DNA of 61,280 nucleotides from Eubacteriales bacterium. GTDB lineage: Bacteria; Bacillota; Clostridia; Oscillospirales; CAG-272. The translations under genes were made by a program, and so were the position numbers. This document shows, piece after piece, positions 1-9,096 of this stretch (positions are counted from its first letter, which is position 1; each line of letters opens with the position of its first letter). Location: the NCBI GenBank assembly GCA_045533775.1, contig JAZSIK010000036.1, forward strand, positions 1-61,280. Direction: 5' to 3'. The notes beneath the pieces were generated by a model. It saw only the letters and a program-made list of their open reading frames with translations, did not search any database and had not been told where the DNA came from.

Positions 1-1
1 G

Positions 2-817
2 GGTAATCATACCGCTTATACGACAAACAACGCAACTGAAGGCGTAAACTATAACCCCTTCAGGTACAGAGGATATTACTACGATACCGACCTTGAGATG
101 TACTATCTCCAGTCAAGGTATTATGATCCTAATACTTGTAGATTCATAAATGCGGATGGTTATGTTTCTACAGGCCAAGGCATATTAGGTAATAATATGT
201 ATGCTTATTGTGGGAATAATCCTGTTATGAGAGTTGATCCTACCGGTGAGGTGTGGTGGTTGGTTGCTGCGGTTGCTGTAGTGATTGTTGCTTGTACGGT
301 CGTAATGTCAAGTTGCTCAAGGGAACCGACATCTGATGTAGGATCGGCAGAGCCATATGTTTATATGTCTGGTAGTGATAATCCTATGTCACCAAATTGT
401 TATGCATATGCAATTGGTTCTCCTATTAATGAACAACCGGGTCTAAGAAGTGGTCGTTTTCCTACAAATTGGAACGATGTGTATGATGTGGGTGAATCTG
501 TAGTAGCAGATCTCCAAGCGCAAGGCTATACCGTTCGTGAGATTTCTGATCCAAACGATAAAGTATATGACAATGAGTTCAAGATAGCATTACGAGTGGG
601 AACTCAACCTTATTATGTTGACCCATATACAGGTCAGCCTTATTATGATTATCATTTTATGCGTCAAACAGATACGGGTCAATGGGCGGAGAAACATGGA
701 ATTGGAGGAGACTCTTATTTATGGCCAACTGGAAGGACTCCCAATAATATTCCTTGGACATTGAGTGGGTATTTGTACTATGATAGTGACATAATTTATT
801 ATGCAGTGGGAAGGTAA
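2..817 (+). CDS. RHS repeat-associated core protein, C-terminal part with toxin tip (5' truncated by window edge)
   Basis: Frame is open from base 2: NPFRYRGYYYDTDLEMYYLQSRYYDP...RFINAD...NMYAYCGNNPVMRVDPTG is the RHS core ending at the DPxG cleavage motif. A ~190-aa variable tip follows (NCYAYA..QPG..DYHF..WAEKHG). Confidence 0.9.
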   Translation, partial: GNHTAYTTNNATEGVNYNPFRYRGYYYDTDLEMYYLQSRYYDPNTCRFINADGYVSTGQGILGNNMYAYCGNNPVMRVDPTGEVWWLVAAVAVVIVACTVVMSSCSREPTSDVGSAEPYVYMSGSDNPMSPNCYAYAIGSPINEQPGLRSGRFPTNWNDVYDVGESVVADLQAQGYTVREISDPNDKVYDNEFKIALRVGTQPYYVDPYTGQPYYDYHFMRQTDTGQWAEKHGIGGDSYLWPTGRTPNNIPWTLSGYLYYDSDIIYYAVGR

Positions 818-823
818 CTTTAA

Positions 824-1366
824 ATGATAAAAAAAGTTTTTTGTATCATAATTATAATAGTGTTAATGTGCTCGTTTTGCTCTTGTGTTGAAGGAGGGAA
901 TAATATGGACGTTAATATATCTACATCTGATAAGAATTTGATTGAGTTAGTGTCTCGAATTTATGATGAATCACAATTGAATGATATTTCACAATTTAAT
1001 GGCGATATAAATCAGTTAAATGATATTTACCCTATTGAATGTTTAAGGAAAGTTGGTGAATATTATCGGGCCTCATATCTTGGTAACTATAGCGTTGCGA
1101 TTATTATATTCGATAATTCTGGAAAAAAACTCAAAGGGAATATTTTTAGTATTCAATGCTTAAAATCTGATTTTGACGAATTAGAAAAAGGAAAATCATT
1201 ACACGAGGTGAAAAACATTGACCCTAAAGGTGAGTATCTTTTTCTTTATACAGGAAGAAATGATACACCTAGAAAATCCTCGCACTACACTAAAGACGGA
1301 TATTTAATTACCATAGAATATGATACTTCAAATAATATTCTTAGCATATCCGAAGAATTAATTTGA
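824..1366 (+). CDS. Putative immunity lipoprotein for the RHS tip
   Basis: Starts 6 bp after the RHS stop; AT-rich; signal peptide with lipobox-like SFCSC. Immunity role inferred from position only. Confidence 0.6.
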   Translation: MIKKVFCIIIIIVLMCSFCSCVEGGNNMDVNISTSDKNLIELVSRIYDESQLNDISQFNGDINQLNDIYPIECLRKVGEYYRASYLGNYSVAIIIFDNSGKKLKGNIFSIQCLKSDFDELEKGKSLHEVKNIDPKGEYLFLYTGRNDTPRKSSHYTKDGYLITIEYDTSNNILSISEELI

Positions 1367-1470
1367 TTTTTTATATAATTGGTTTTTCAAACGATAGGCA
1401 CGTTTGATGGCAATAACAAAAGAATTATTTCTTTTATACAAAACATTTTTTATAGGGATAAAACATTACT

Positions 1471-1502
1471 GGCCACCACGGGTAACACCGTGGTGGTTTT
1501 TC
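1471..1502 (+). terminator. Intrinsic terminator after the RHS/immunity pair
   Basis: GGCCACCACGG-gtaaca-CCGTGGTGGTT followed by a T run. Confidence 0.7.
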
Positions 1503-2038
1503 TGTGTTTCGTAAATCAAGAAAAAATATTTGTCCCAAATGTTTCTTGTCGCTAAAGCAATATATCTTTTTTCGCTTATTTTATCCAATCTTCCTTCAAT
1601 CTCATGCTCTAATCGCCCAAATCATGGGCATTTTTTGAAAAAATAATAAAAAAATAATATTTTTTAAAATTTTTGGAGAATTATGTCATAAAAAGGAGTA
1701 ATATATATAGACGAATATAAGAAAACCTATATTTTTTAGTAAATATTTAGATTATTTTTTAAAAAATTGAATAATTATATTGAAAATACGTGTAATAACA
1801 TTAAAGCAAGGATATATCTATTAATTATTTTTAAAAAAGGAGAATAAAAAAGATTTTAACATTATAATAGTGAAAAAAACCAAGTTGTTATTTTAAAATG
1901 ATGAATCAAAAATGTTTGTGGATAAGCAGATTAATAGATACTATTTCCTTACTTTAATAGATTCTTCAAAAATAATTCATACGATTAGTACGAATATTAT
2001 TAAGAGAATCAAGAAAAATATATTTTAAGAGGATAACA

Positions 2039-2812
2039 ATGAATAATAATAGTAAAGTTTTAACTTATTTGGGAATATTAATTGCTGTGAATACGGCTGT
2101 TTGGGAGCGCGTTAAAGATAAGTGGTGGATGATTATCTTCATCAATATCTTAACAGTTGTTTTTTGTATTGCATTATCTTTTGTTGAGAAATTGGTGACA
2201 ACTTCTAATCGCAAGTGGATAGATAGAATCGTTTATATTTTTTCAAAAAATGATTATGGATATATTGTAAATCAAAAAAACATAGAATATAAAATCTTAT
2301 CTGAACACGAGGCTGAGTATAGCCTTTTGGCAGATATTTGCGTAAAGAAGCCAGAAGATGATTTCCACTATAATGGAAGATATGTTTGGGATCAAGAAGA
2401 CGCAATAAACATAAACATCCATGATGAAAACAATTATACTTATATGACTAGTGAAAATCTAAAATGGTCAAATGTAGATATCATTCCCAATAAAATACCA
2501 AAACGCGGAACTAAATATTCCCTTGGGTTTACGCTTAAGAATTTGAAAATAAGCAAGCTTTCTAAACGTTCGTTTCTTTCTTGTAAGGTTGTTGAAAAGA
2601 TAGAACATTTAAAAATGGTTGCTTATGTAGATCCTAGTTTAAATCCAGATAAAACTGCGATTTTAGAAATTCAAAATTCATTAGGAATTAAAATAGCAAA
2701 AGACGAACAAGTAGTTTACGATGAGAGAACGCACACGTATTCTAAAACCTTAAGTTATCCGCGCAAAGGTAGAAAATACATAATCCGCTGGAAATATAAA
2801 AAAACAAATTGA
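2039..2812 (+). CDS. Hypothetical protein: two N-terminal TM helices plus a beta-rich soluble domain
   Basis: 257-aa ORF with AAGAGG RBS, very AT-rich, two N-terminal hydrophobic segments; no family recognised. Confidence 0.75.
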   Translation: MNNNSKVLTYLGILIAVNTAVWERVKDKWWMIIFINILTVVFCIALSFVEKLVTTSNRKWIDRIVYIFSKNDYGYIVNQKNIEYKILSEHEAEYSLLADICVKKPEDDFHYNGRYVWDQEDAININIHDENNYTYMTSENLKWSNVDIIPNKIPKRGTKYSLGFTLKNLKISKLSKRSFLSCKVVEKIEHLKMVAYVDPSLNPDKTAILEIQNSLGIKIAKDEQVVYDERTHTYSKTLSYPRKGRKYIIRWKYKKTN

Positions 2813-2837
2813 CAAATCGTTTTTTATATGATATAAT
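2809..2837 (+). promoter_or_regulatory. Consensus sigma-A promoter with extended -10, upstream of a short transcript
   Basis: TTGACA (2809-2814), 17-bp spacer with TG, TATAAT (2832-2837). Confidence 0.8.
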
Positions 2838-3000
2838 GTTAATAAACTAATAAATGTATGGAGGGGCAATATGGAAGGCTTCTAATGTTATATTGCATTA
2901 TAGTTAAACATTATATATGCAATATGTTTACTATTGGTTATTTTCTTTTCTAAATTACGGCTTCGTAGTAAACATTTAGTTTTTAATCTATTTTGCATTT

Positions 3001-3034
3001 TTACCCTGGACATTATGTTCAGGGTATTATTTTT
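3001..3034 (+). terminator. Hairpin terminator closing the 2.84-3.03 kb transcript
   Basis: TACCCTGGACA-tta-TGTTCAGGGTA followed by TTATTTTT. Confidence 0.6.
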
Positions 3035-3092
3035 GCAAATTTGAAGAATTACATCGTTTTTAAATGCTTATTATTTCAATACTTGATTGCAT

Positions 3093-3125
3093 AAAAAGAG
3101 CCTGCGCTAAATTAGCGCAGGCTTT
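3093..3125. terminator. Bidirectional terminator-like hairpin
   Basis: AAAAAG-AGCCTGCGCTAA-A-TTAGCGCAGGCT-TT. Confidence 0.6.
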
Positions 3126-3499
3126 AAACTTGCTTATTCCAAAATATTATGCTCCTGACAAAAATACAATTTGCCTTTATGAAAATATTTTTTTGTCATA
3201 GTTGAACTGGTAATTTTTCTCATCAAATGTAAACTCAATTATTACTTTGCACTCTTCGTTCTGTTTATCATATTCAAAAGACCAGCTCAAGCATAGCCCA
3301 AGCTGGTCTTTTTTTATTCTTCTGACGGCGACGTTGAGACGGTTTTTCTCTGAACTTGTGCAGCACGCGTTTCGCATAGCGAAGCAAAGTGCGTAGCACC
3401 GCCGAGGGTTCGGCGTGGCTCGCAAAGAGTATAAGCTCCACCCTCCTGTGCTTTTATTCTATCTCCCTCCTCTTCATTTTTCTATTTACAACGAAATAA

Positions 3500-3529
3500 T
3501 TGACATACCTCTCACATCTGTGCTATAAT
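3500..3529 (+). promoter_or_regulatory. sigma-A promoter of the VanZ-family gene
   Basis: TTGACA, 18-bp spacer, TG-C-TATAAT; AGGAG RBS before ATG 3557. Confidence 0.7.
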
Positions 3530-3556
3530 TAGGAAAAAACATTTTAGGAGTCAGAC

Positions 3557-4204
3557 ATGGCTGATGGTGGAAAGATTAGAAAGGGATTTTGGGAGAGATG
3601 TCGCGAAATGCAGGAAAAGCATCTGCCCTATAATGAAAATACTGTCAGAACGCTTGTTGTTTCTGCGCTGGTTATGTTCTGCTGGATAATTCTCTGGGCG
3701 CTGGTGTTTAAGCTTGGTAACGAAGCACTGCTTATTACTACATATAGCAATCTTAAGGTCCTTTCCCCAATGGAACGAATCCTGTGGGATCTGATACCTT
3801 TTAATTACCGTGGTGAAGGACAAGTGGTAACTAGTCTGGTAATTGACTCTGTTCTTAACTGCTTTGTCTTTGCTCCCATTGGTATTATGCTCTGCTATCT
3901 GTTCAAAAAGAAAAATCTGCTGCGTGACGCGGTAATATGCCTTGGACTTTCGGTGGCGATAGAGATATTACAGTTTGCAACAATGCTGGGAAATCCCGCT
4001 ACCGAGGATCTTATCACCAACACCGTCGGCTGCTTTATCGGTTACGGATTGTATTATCTGATATTCAGGCGGCTATCGGTAAAGCAAAATGTGATTTTTG
4101 CCCTTGTTGTAAATCTGATATTTGGCGTTGCGGTTATCTACTCCCTGATCACCTTTATCGGTTCGGCTGATATTATATACGGAATAGTTACAAGGACATT
4201 ATGA
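3557..4204 (+). CDS. VanZ-family membrane protein
   Basis: LIPF...NCFVFAPIG...SVAIEILQF...EDLITNTVGCFIG matches the VanZ-like pattern; multiple TM helices. Confidence 0.8.
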   Translation: MADGGKIRKGFWERCREMQEKHLPYNENTVRTLVVSALVMFCWIILWALVFKLGNEALLITTYSNLKVLSPMERILWDLIPFNYRGEGQVVTSLVIDSVLNCFVFAPIGIMLCYLFKKKNLLRDAVICLGLSVAIEILQFATMLGNPATEDLITNTVGCFIGYGLYYLIFRRLSVKQNVIFALVVNLIFGVAVIYSLITFIGSADIIYGIVTRTL

Positions 4205-4213
4205 TCCACTACC

Positions 4214-4891
4214 CCCTTGGGCGTGTCCATCCCCGGCGCCGTATCGCGTAGCAGAAAAACGCATCTTGCCCGGGTATTCGCCAAGGCGAAGATACCTTTT
4301 CGCTCCGCCTTGCAAACAAGCTTGCAGATCTCCGCTCGGGTATGCGGACCGGATCTGCGCCTTTGGCACAGAGCGCACTCCAAAGTATAAGGTAGCAGCT
4401 CCAGACAACCCCAATAAAAAAATCTCCCACATATGTGTTGTGAGAGCCTATAAAAAACCAAAGCCCCGAAGGTTTCCCTTCGGGTAGCGAAGCGGCGCGA
4501 GAGTGTAAAAAAACAGTTGATAACTGTTTTTCCTTGAGCGTGACCGAGCAGCAGCGAGAGGTCTGGATTTTGCTACACGATTCGGACTGTGAAGAGTCCG
4601 GTGGACTCTTCTGGACTAAGCCCTTGGGCGTGTCCATCCCCGGCGCCGTATCGGGTAGCAAAAAAACGCACCTTGCCCGGGTATTCGCCAAGGCGAAGAT
4701 ACCTTTTCGCTCCGCCTTGCAAACAAGCTTGCAGATCTCCGCTCGGGTATGCGGACCGGATCTGCGCCTTTGGCACAGAGCGCGTTCCAAAGTATAAGCT
4801 AGCAGCTCCAGACAACCCCAATAAAAAAATCTCCCACATATGTATTGTGAGAGCCTATAAAAAACCAAAGCCCCGGAGTTTCCCTTCAGGG
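4214..4891. repeat. Tandem ~271-bp direct repeat (4214-4484 and 4621-4891, offset 407) directly downstream of tRNA-Thr
   Basis: Near-identical copies starting CCCTTGGGCGTGTCCATCCCC and ending TTTCCCTTC(A)GGG; the 136-bp spacer contains palindromes. Confidence 0.95.
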
Positions 4892-4896
4892 TTGTC

Positions 4897-4972
4897 TGGA
4901 GCTGCTACCCGGATTCGGACCGGGGACCTCATCCTTACCAAGGATGTGCTCTACCAGCTGAGCCATAGCAGC
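4897..4972 (-). tRNA. tRNA-Thr (anticodon GGT), CCA encoded
   Basis: Minus strand GCTGCTATGGCTCAGCTGGTAGAGCACATCCTTGGTAAGGATGAGGTCCCCGGTCCGAATCCGGGTAGCAGCTCCA; 76 nt, cloverleaf with CATCC/GGATG anticodon stem. Confidence 0.95.
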
Positions 4973-5006
4973 ATACCACAAGAATATTTCCCTGTGACGC
5001 TTGATT

Positions 5007-5035
5007 ATTATAACAAATTATTTTGTATTTGTCAA
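5007..5035 (-). promoter_or_regulatory. sigma-A promoter of tRNA-Thr
   Basis: Minus strand TTGACA, 17-bp spacer, TG-T-TATAAT. Confidence 0.8.
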
Positions 5036-5168
5036 TACATTTTCAAAATAATTTTTATTTTCCGTTTATTTGTTCTAAAATAACCGATTTATCGCAAAAA
5101 CAATTTGCATTAACATACAATCTATGCTATAATTATGGCAGTAATACATATTACAAAGGAGAATTATT

Positions 5169-6371
5169 ATGAAAAAGGCTCTGACAGTTATTCTTATTAT
5201 AGTCCTTTCTCTCGGTGTGATAATCGGCGGATGCAGACTGGCAAACGAAGCAAACAAGCAGGATATGCTGGCATACATTGACAGCTTTAGCAAGGTGGAG
5301 ATAGAAAACCAGCTTGTGCCCGAGTATGACGAGGACGGCGTGGCTTATTTCACCACAGACGGCGACTTTAAGATCATGCAGCTCACAGATGTTCATATCA
5401 CAGGCGGATTCCTTGGTGCCACCGAGGACAAAAAAGCCATCAATGCAGTGGCGGCTATGATAAGCACGGAGAAACCCGATCTGGTAGTAGTCACAGGCGA
5501 CATTTCCTTTGCTGTGCCCTGGGCGGGAACGATTGACAACTCATATGCCCACGAGTATTTCAAGCGTCTGATGAAAAATCTCGGTGTATACTGGACCGTA
5601 GCATTTGGCAACCACGACTCAGAGATCTACGATCTCTACGACAGATCGGCAGTAGCATCCTTCTACGAGGATGAGAATATGAAATATTGCCTCTTTGACA
5701 GAGGCCCTGCTGATGTTTTCGGCGAATGTAACCACGTGATCAATGTAAAGCAGAGCGACGGCCTTATCTCCAAGAGCATTATTGTTATAGACTCAAACTC
5801 TTATACCGACGAGGATCCTCTCGGAATTATGTGGATTTACGACTACATACGCGATGACCAGGTTGCCTGGTACGAGGCTCAGATTGAAAAGATCAACAAG
5901 CACAACACCGATCTCGGTAGTGATGAGGTAGTAGAGAGTCTGCTCTTTATGCATATTCCTCTCCTTGAGGTAAGAGAAGCATATGACAAATATCTCGGCG
6001 AGGGCGAGCGTGATACAGAGGATGTAAAGCACCTGTTCGGCAAGATTGGAGAATCTTCCCCCTATGTTTACTCCTCTAACGAGCGCAGTAAAATATTTGA
6101 TAGCGTGCTTGAGCTTGGCAGCACAAAGGCTATTTTCTTCGGTCACGATCACCTTAACAATATGATGTTAGACTATAAGGGTGTAGCTCTTTGCTACGGA
6201 TATTCTATTGATTACTTTGCTTATTCGGGCATTGCAAACATCGGCTCGCAGCGCGGATGCACGATTATCAACTGTCGCGCAGGCGGAGTGACCGAGGTTC
6301 TGCACGAAAACTATTATCAGGACAAATATGTTCCTCTCTACGAGAAGGAAGCTGTTGATCTGACAAACTGA
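5169..6371 (+). CDS. Exported calcineurin-like metallophosphoesterase
   Basis: QLTDVH, VTGD, FGNHD, FMHIP and FGHDHLN motifs; N-terminal signal/anchor. Confidence 0.88.
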   Translation: MKKALTVILIIVLSLGVIIGGCRLANEANKQDMLAYIDSFSKVEIENQLVPEYDEDGVAYFTTDGDFKIMQLTDVHITGGFLGATEDKKAINAVAAMISTEKPDLVVVTGDISFAVPWAGTIDNSYAHEYFKRLMKNLGVYWTVAFGNHDSEIYDLYDRSAVASFYEDENMKYCLFDRGPADVFGECNHVINVKQSDGLISKSIIVIDSNSYTDEDPLGIMWIYDYIRDDQVAWYEAQIEKINKHNTDLGSDEVVESLLFMHIPLLEVREAYDKYLGEGERDTEDVKHLFGKIGESSPYVYSSNERSKIFDSVLELGSTKAIFFGHDHLNNMMLDYKGVALCYGYSIDYFAYSGIANIGSQRGCTIINCRAGGVTEVLHENYYQDKYVPLYEKEAVDLTN

Positions 6372-6383
6372 TTTTTATAATAT

Positions 6384-6412
6384 AAAAGGCAACCGATGTC
6401 GGTTGCCTTTTT
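6384..6412. terminator. Bidirectional terminator between convergent genes
   Basis: AAAAGGCAACCGA-tg-TCGGTTGCCTTTTT. Confidence 0.8.
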
Positions 6413-6415
6413 ATT

Positions 6416-8179
6416 TTACTTGGATATTGATTCAACAAACTCAAGGTCGGTGATGCCGAGTGTAAGAAGAAGGAGAATCTTCTCTGCGGTGCTGTCACAA
6501 GACGCGATTATGTACTCAACGGTCATAACCTTCTCGTCTCCGCAAACGGTACAGCTGCAAACATAGCTTACGCCGTCGTCATCAAGCTTCCACTCACCGT
6601 GAGTATGCTCGCCGGTAGCAGAGGTCTGAGAGCCCTCAGAAATAAGCTCGTCACAGTCGGTACAGTATCTGTCACCGGTATAACCGCCGTTGACACAGGT
6701 TGCCGCCTGCTCTCCGCGAAGCTCAGTATTGCTATGCTGACAGGTGGGGGTATCTGTGCCGGGGGTATTGCCCTCATTACCTGTGTTACCACCCTCATTG
6801 CCGGTGTTACCACCCTCGTTGCCTGTATTACCACCCTCGTTGCCGGTGTTGCCACCCTCATTGCCGGTGTTGCCACCCTCGTTGCCGCTACCACTATCGG
6901 GAAGAGTGATGCTATCAAGGGTACAATTCATCATCTCAACAGTGCCGTCATAGTTCTTGATGCTATCTGCGGTTACGGTGATGGTTGCACCGACGGTAAA
7001 GCGATCATCCTTAAGCTTATAGCAATATATAGGCTGATCCTCATATTCGCCAACCACGATAGTAGGGTTGTTGTAGCTGTCAAGCTTTTTGATCACACCC
7101 GTAAGAGTGAAGGGGCCGTTTATAGACTCACCTACGGCAAGATCATATGCCGCGTCAAGAATATCCTTTGCCTCTGTGGGAACGGAGGGGGTATTTCCTC
7201 CGGGGTTGTTACCCTCGTTACCTGTGTTATCGCCTTCGTTACCTGTATTACCGCCCTCGTTGCCTGTATTACCGCCGGTGCTGCCTGCTGCCTTGCCGGA
7301 GGGAGTAGTCATACCCGAGGGAATCTGCTTGCCGAAAATAAGCCAGGCAAACTCGGGGTAGTCAATAAACACATTTCTGTTGCCTTGATATGCGGCAATA
7401 ACCTCATTACGACCCATCTCCCAGGTATCAACAGGGTCAAGTGCGCACCATTCAAGGAGCACATCAACGCTCTGGAATACCTCGGTCACACTGTCAGCGC
7501 CCCAAGCGGAGCCCCAACGAACATATACATAGAGCACGATACGGGCTACATCGCCCTTTACATTATCATTAGGCTCAAAGTAATTGTTGGCATAAATACC
7601 GCCTGTTGCACCGCTGAGGTTACCCTTAGCTATCTTTCCGCCGCTTACATTACCGTACTTCATATTACCTCTGGTGCTGTTAAGCACGCTCTCGGAGGGA
7701 CGGATATGGTGGAGGTCTGCGCCACCGCCGCTGGTATTGCCGCCGCCAAGGCTCTGAGGCCAGACGTGCTCTCTGTTCCAGCCCTGACCGTTCTTATACT
7801 CGCCTGTGGTACCGGAGTAGGAGCTGTAAAGCATCACGATTCTGCCATCGTTGTTCTCACAGTCGGTCTGATCTGCCATATCACGGCAGTTTGCATAGCT
7901 GGAAATGGTCTTATGTGTATCTGTCATAAGACTGCGCAGATTGCTGAAAAGCTGAGAGGCAGACATAGCCGACAGATTGTCGTATGTATAGCTGCCCTTA
8001 TAGTAGTTCTCTGCTCTTGTACCCTCAAGAGTGGTACAAACTACATCTCTCTCACCGGAGTTTGAGGATGTGGAATAGCTTTTCGGCTGATCTCCTACCG
8101 CAATAACGGGAAGGCAGGAGGATATAACAAATATAATAACGAGCAAAGCGGATACTGCGCTCTTTATGTATCTTTTCAT
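6416..8179 (-). CDS. Secreted endonuclease I / Bsn-like nuclease with Gly-Asn linkers, an OB-like domain and a Cys/His-rich C-terminal module
   Basis: WNREHVWPQS, DLHHIRPS..N..RGN, KGDVAR..LY and QGNRNVFIDYP motifs; signal peptide. Confidence 0.88.
   Translation of the reverse strand: MKRYIKSAVSALLVIIFVISSCLPVIAVGDQPKSYSTSSNSGERDVVCTTLEGTRAENYYKGSYTYDNLSAMSASQLFSNLRSLMTDTHKTISSYANCRDMADQTDCENNDGRIVMLYSSYSGTTGEYKNGQGWNREHVWPQSLGGGNTSGGGADLHHIRPSESVLNSTRGNMKYGNVSGGKIAKGNLSGATGGIYANNYFEPNDNVKGDVARIVLYVYVRWGSAWGADSVTEVFQSVDVLLEWCALDPVDTWEMGRNEVIAAYQGNRNVFIDYPEFAWLIFGKQIPSGMTTPSGKAAGSTGGNTGNEGGNTGNEGDNTGNEGNNPGGNTPSVPTEAKDILDAAYDLAVGESINGPFTLTGVIKKLDSYNNPTIVVGEYEDQPIYCYKLKDDRFTVGATITVTADSIKNYDGTVEMMNCTLDSITLPDSGSGNEGGNTGNEGGNTGNEGGNTGNEGGNTGNEGGNTGNEGNTPGTDTPTCQHSNTELRGEQAATCVNGGYTGDRYCTDCDELISEGSQTSATGEHTHGEWKLDDDGVSYVCSCTVCGDEKVMTVEYIIASCDSTAEKILLLLTLGITDLEFVESISK
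6769..6889 (-). repeat. 21-bp coding tandem repeat (GNEGGNT); a second block lies at ~7208-7279
   Basis: About five to six GNEGGNT units visible in both DNA and protein. Confidence 0.9.
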
Positions 8180-8211
8180 AGCTTACTTCCTTTCTCTTTA
8201 TTCGGTAGTCC

Positions 8212-9096
8212 TTACTTTACGATTTCCTCATAGGAAACCTCGGTATATTTATCGGCATCCGCGGGAGCGGCAATGCTGATCTCAGCCTCATAATCATAAT
8301 CGGTATATGTACGCATCGTTACCTCGTAAACAACGCCGTCTACTGTGATCTCAAGGGCACAGGAGAGTATCGCGCTCATCTTAAAGCCGTCATTGGTAAC
8401 AACATTAAGGCTTGCGCTCTTAACGCTGACGGTAGCGCCGATGGGAGAAAGCTTTGCGCTAAGGTCGGATGCAAGATCTGCAGCACTCTCTGCCTTTATA
8501 TTCTGGCAAACGGTGTTCGCTCCCTTTGCATCCACACTCTCAAAGTCCTCCTCGCTTATATTGGCACCGGGACCTGCATTAAGAGTAAAAATGTAGCTGT
8601 CGGTAGAGCTGAATCTCGCACGGCGGAGCTGAGTAACCGAATAATCCTCGTTCTCGGCGTGGAGAGTATGGTAGAGTATACCGTCTACAAGAACATATTT
8701 ATTATTAAGCTTAAGACCTTCTGTACAAGACTCGGTAGAAACAGACAGATTGCCACCGTCACGGCAAATAACCGACGAGCTGCTGATAGCATCAAGAGCA
8801 GACTTTACCTTGTCATCGTTGGAGGCAAAGACGATTCTCACCGCCGCCTCATACTTGTTTTTATCAAGCACGGGTGTCTCGTCTCCACCCTGGTTTCCGT
8901 CACCGGTTCCATTTTGGTTTCCGTCACCGGTTCCGTCCTGACCGCCGTTGCCTGTATTATCGCCGCCGTTGGTACCACTCTGGTTTCCGTCGCCCGTACC
9001 ACCCTGATTATTATCCGACAGATTACAGGATGCAAGTGCGCCGATCACAATAGTGAGGCAAAGTAAAATTGCCAGCAATCTTTTTACAGAAATCAT
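8212..9096 (-). CDS. Hypothetical lipoprotein with GTGDGNQ low-complexity tether
   Basis: Lipobox LASC; repeated GTGDGNQ units; apparently co-transcribed with the nuclease. Confidence 0.75.
   Translation of the reverse strand: MISVKRLLAILLCLTIVIGALASCNLSDNNQGGTGDGNQSGTNGGDNTGNGGQDGTGDGNQNGTGDGNQGGDETPVLDKNKYEAAVRIVFASNDDKVKSALDAISSSSVICRDGGNLSVSTESCTEGLKLNNKYVLVDGILYHTLHAENEDYSVTQLRRARFSSTDSYIFTLNAGPGANISEEDFESVDAKGANTVCQNIKAESAADLASDLSAKLSPIGATVSVKSASLNVVTNDGFKMSAILSCALEITVDGVVYEVTMRTYTDYDYEAEISIAAPADADKYTEVSYEEIVK

Noticed and set aside
1917-1925. Perfect DnaA box (TGTGGATAA)
   Set aside because: A single site in an AT-rich island; could occur by chance
4214-4891. Possible CRISPR array
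   Set aside because: Only two long units, no short repeat-spacer periodicity and no cas genes
4138-5083. Several overlapping ORFs across the duplicated unit and the tRNA
   Set aside because: They come from GC-rich repeat DNA and overlap a tRNA; no RBS or recognisable motifs
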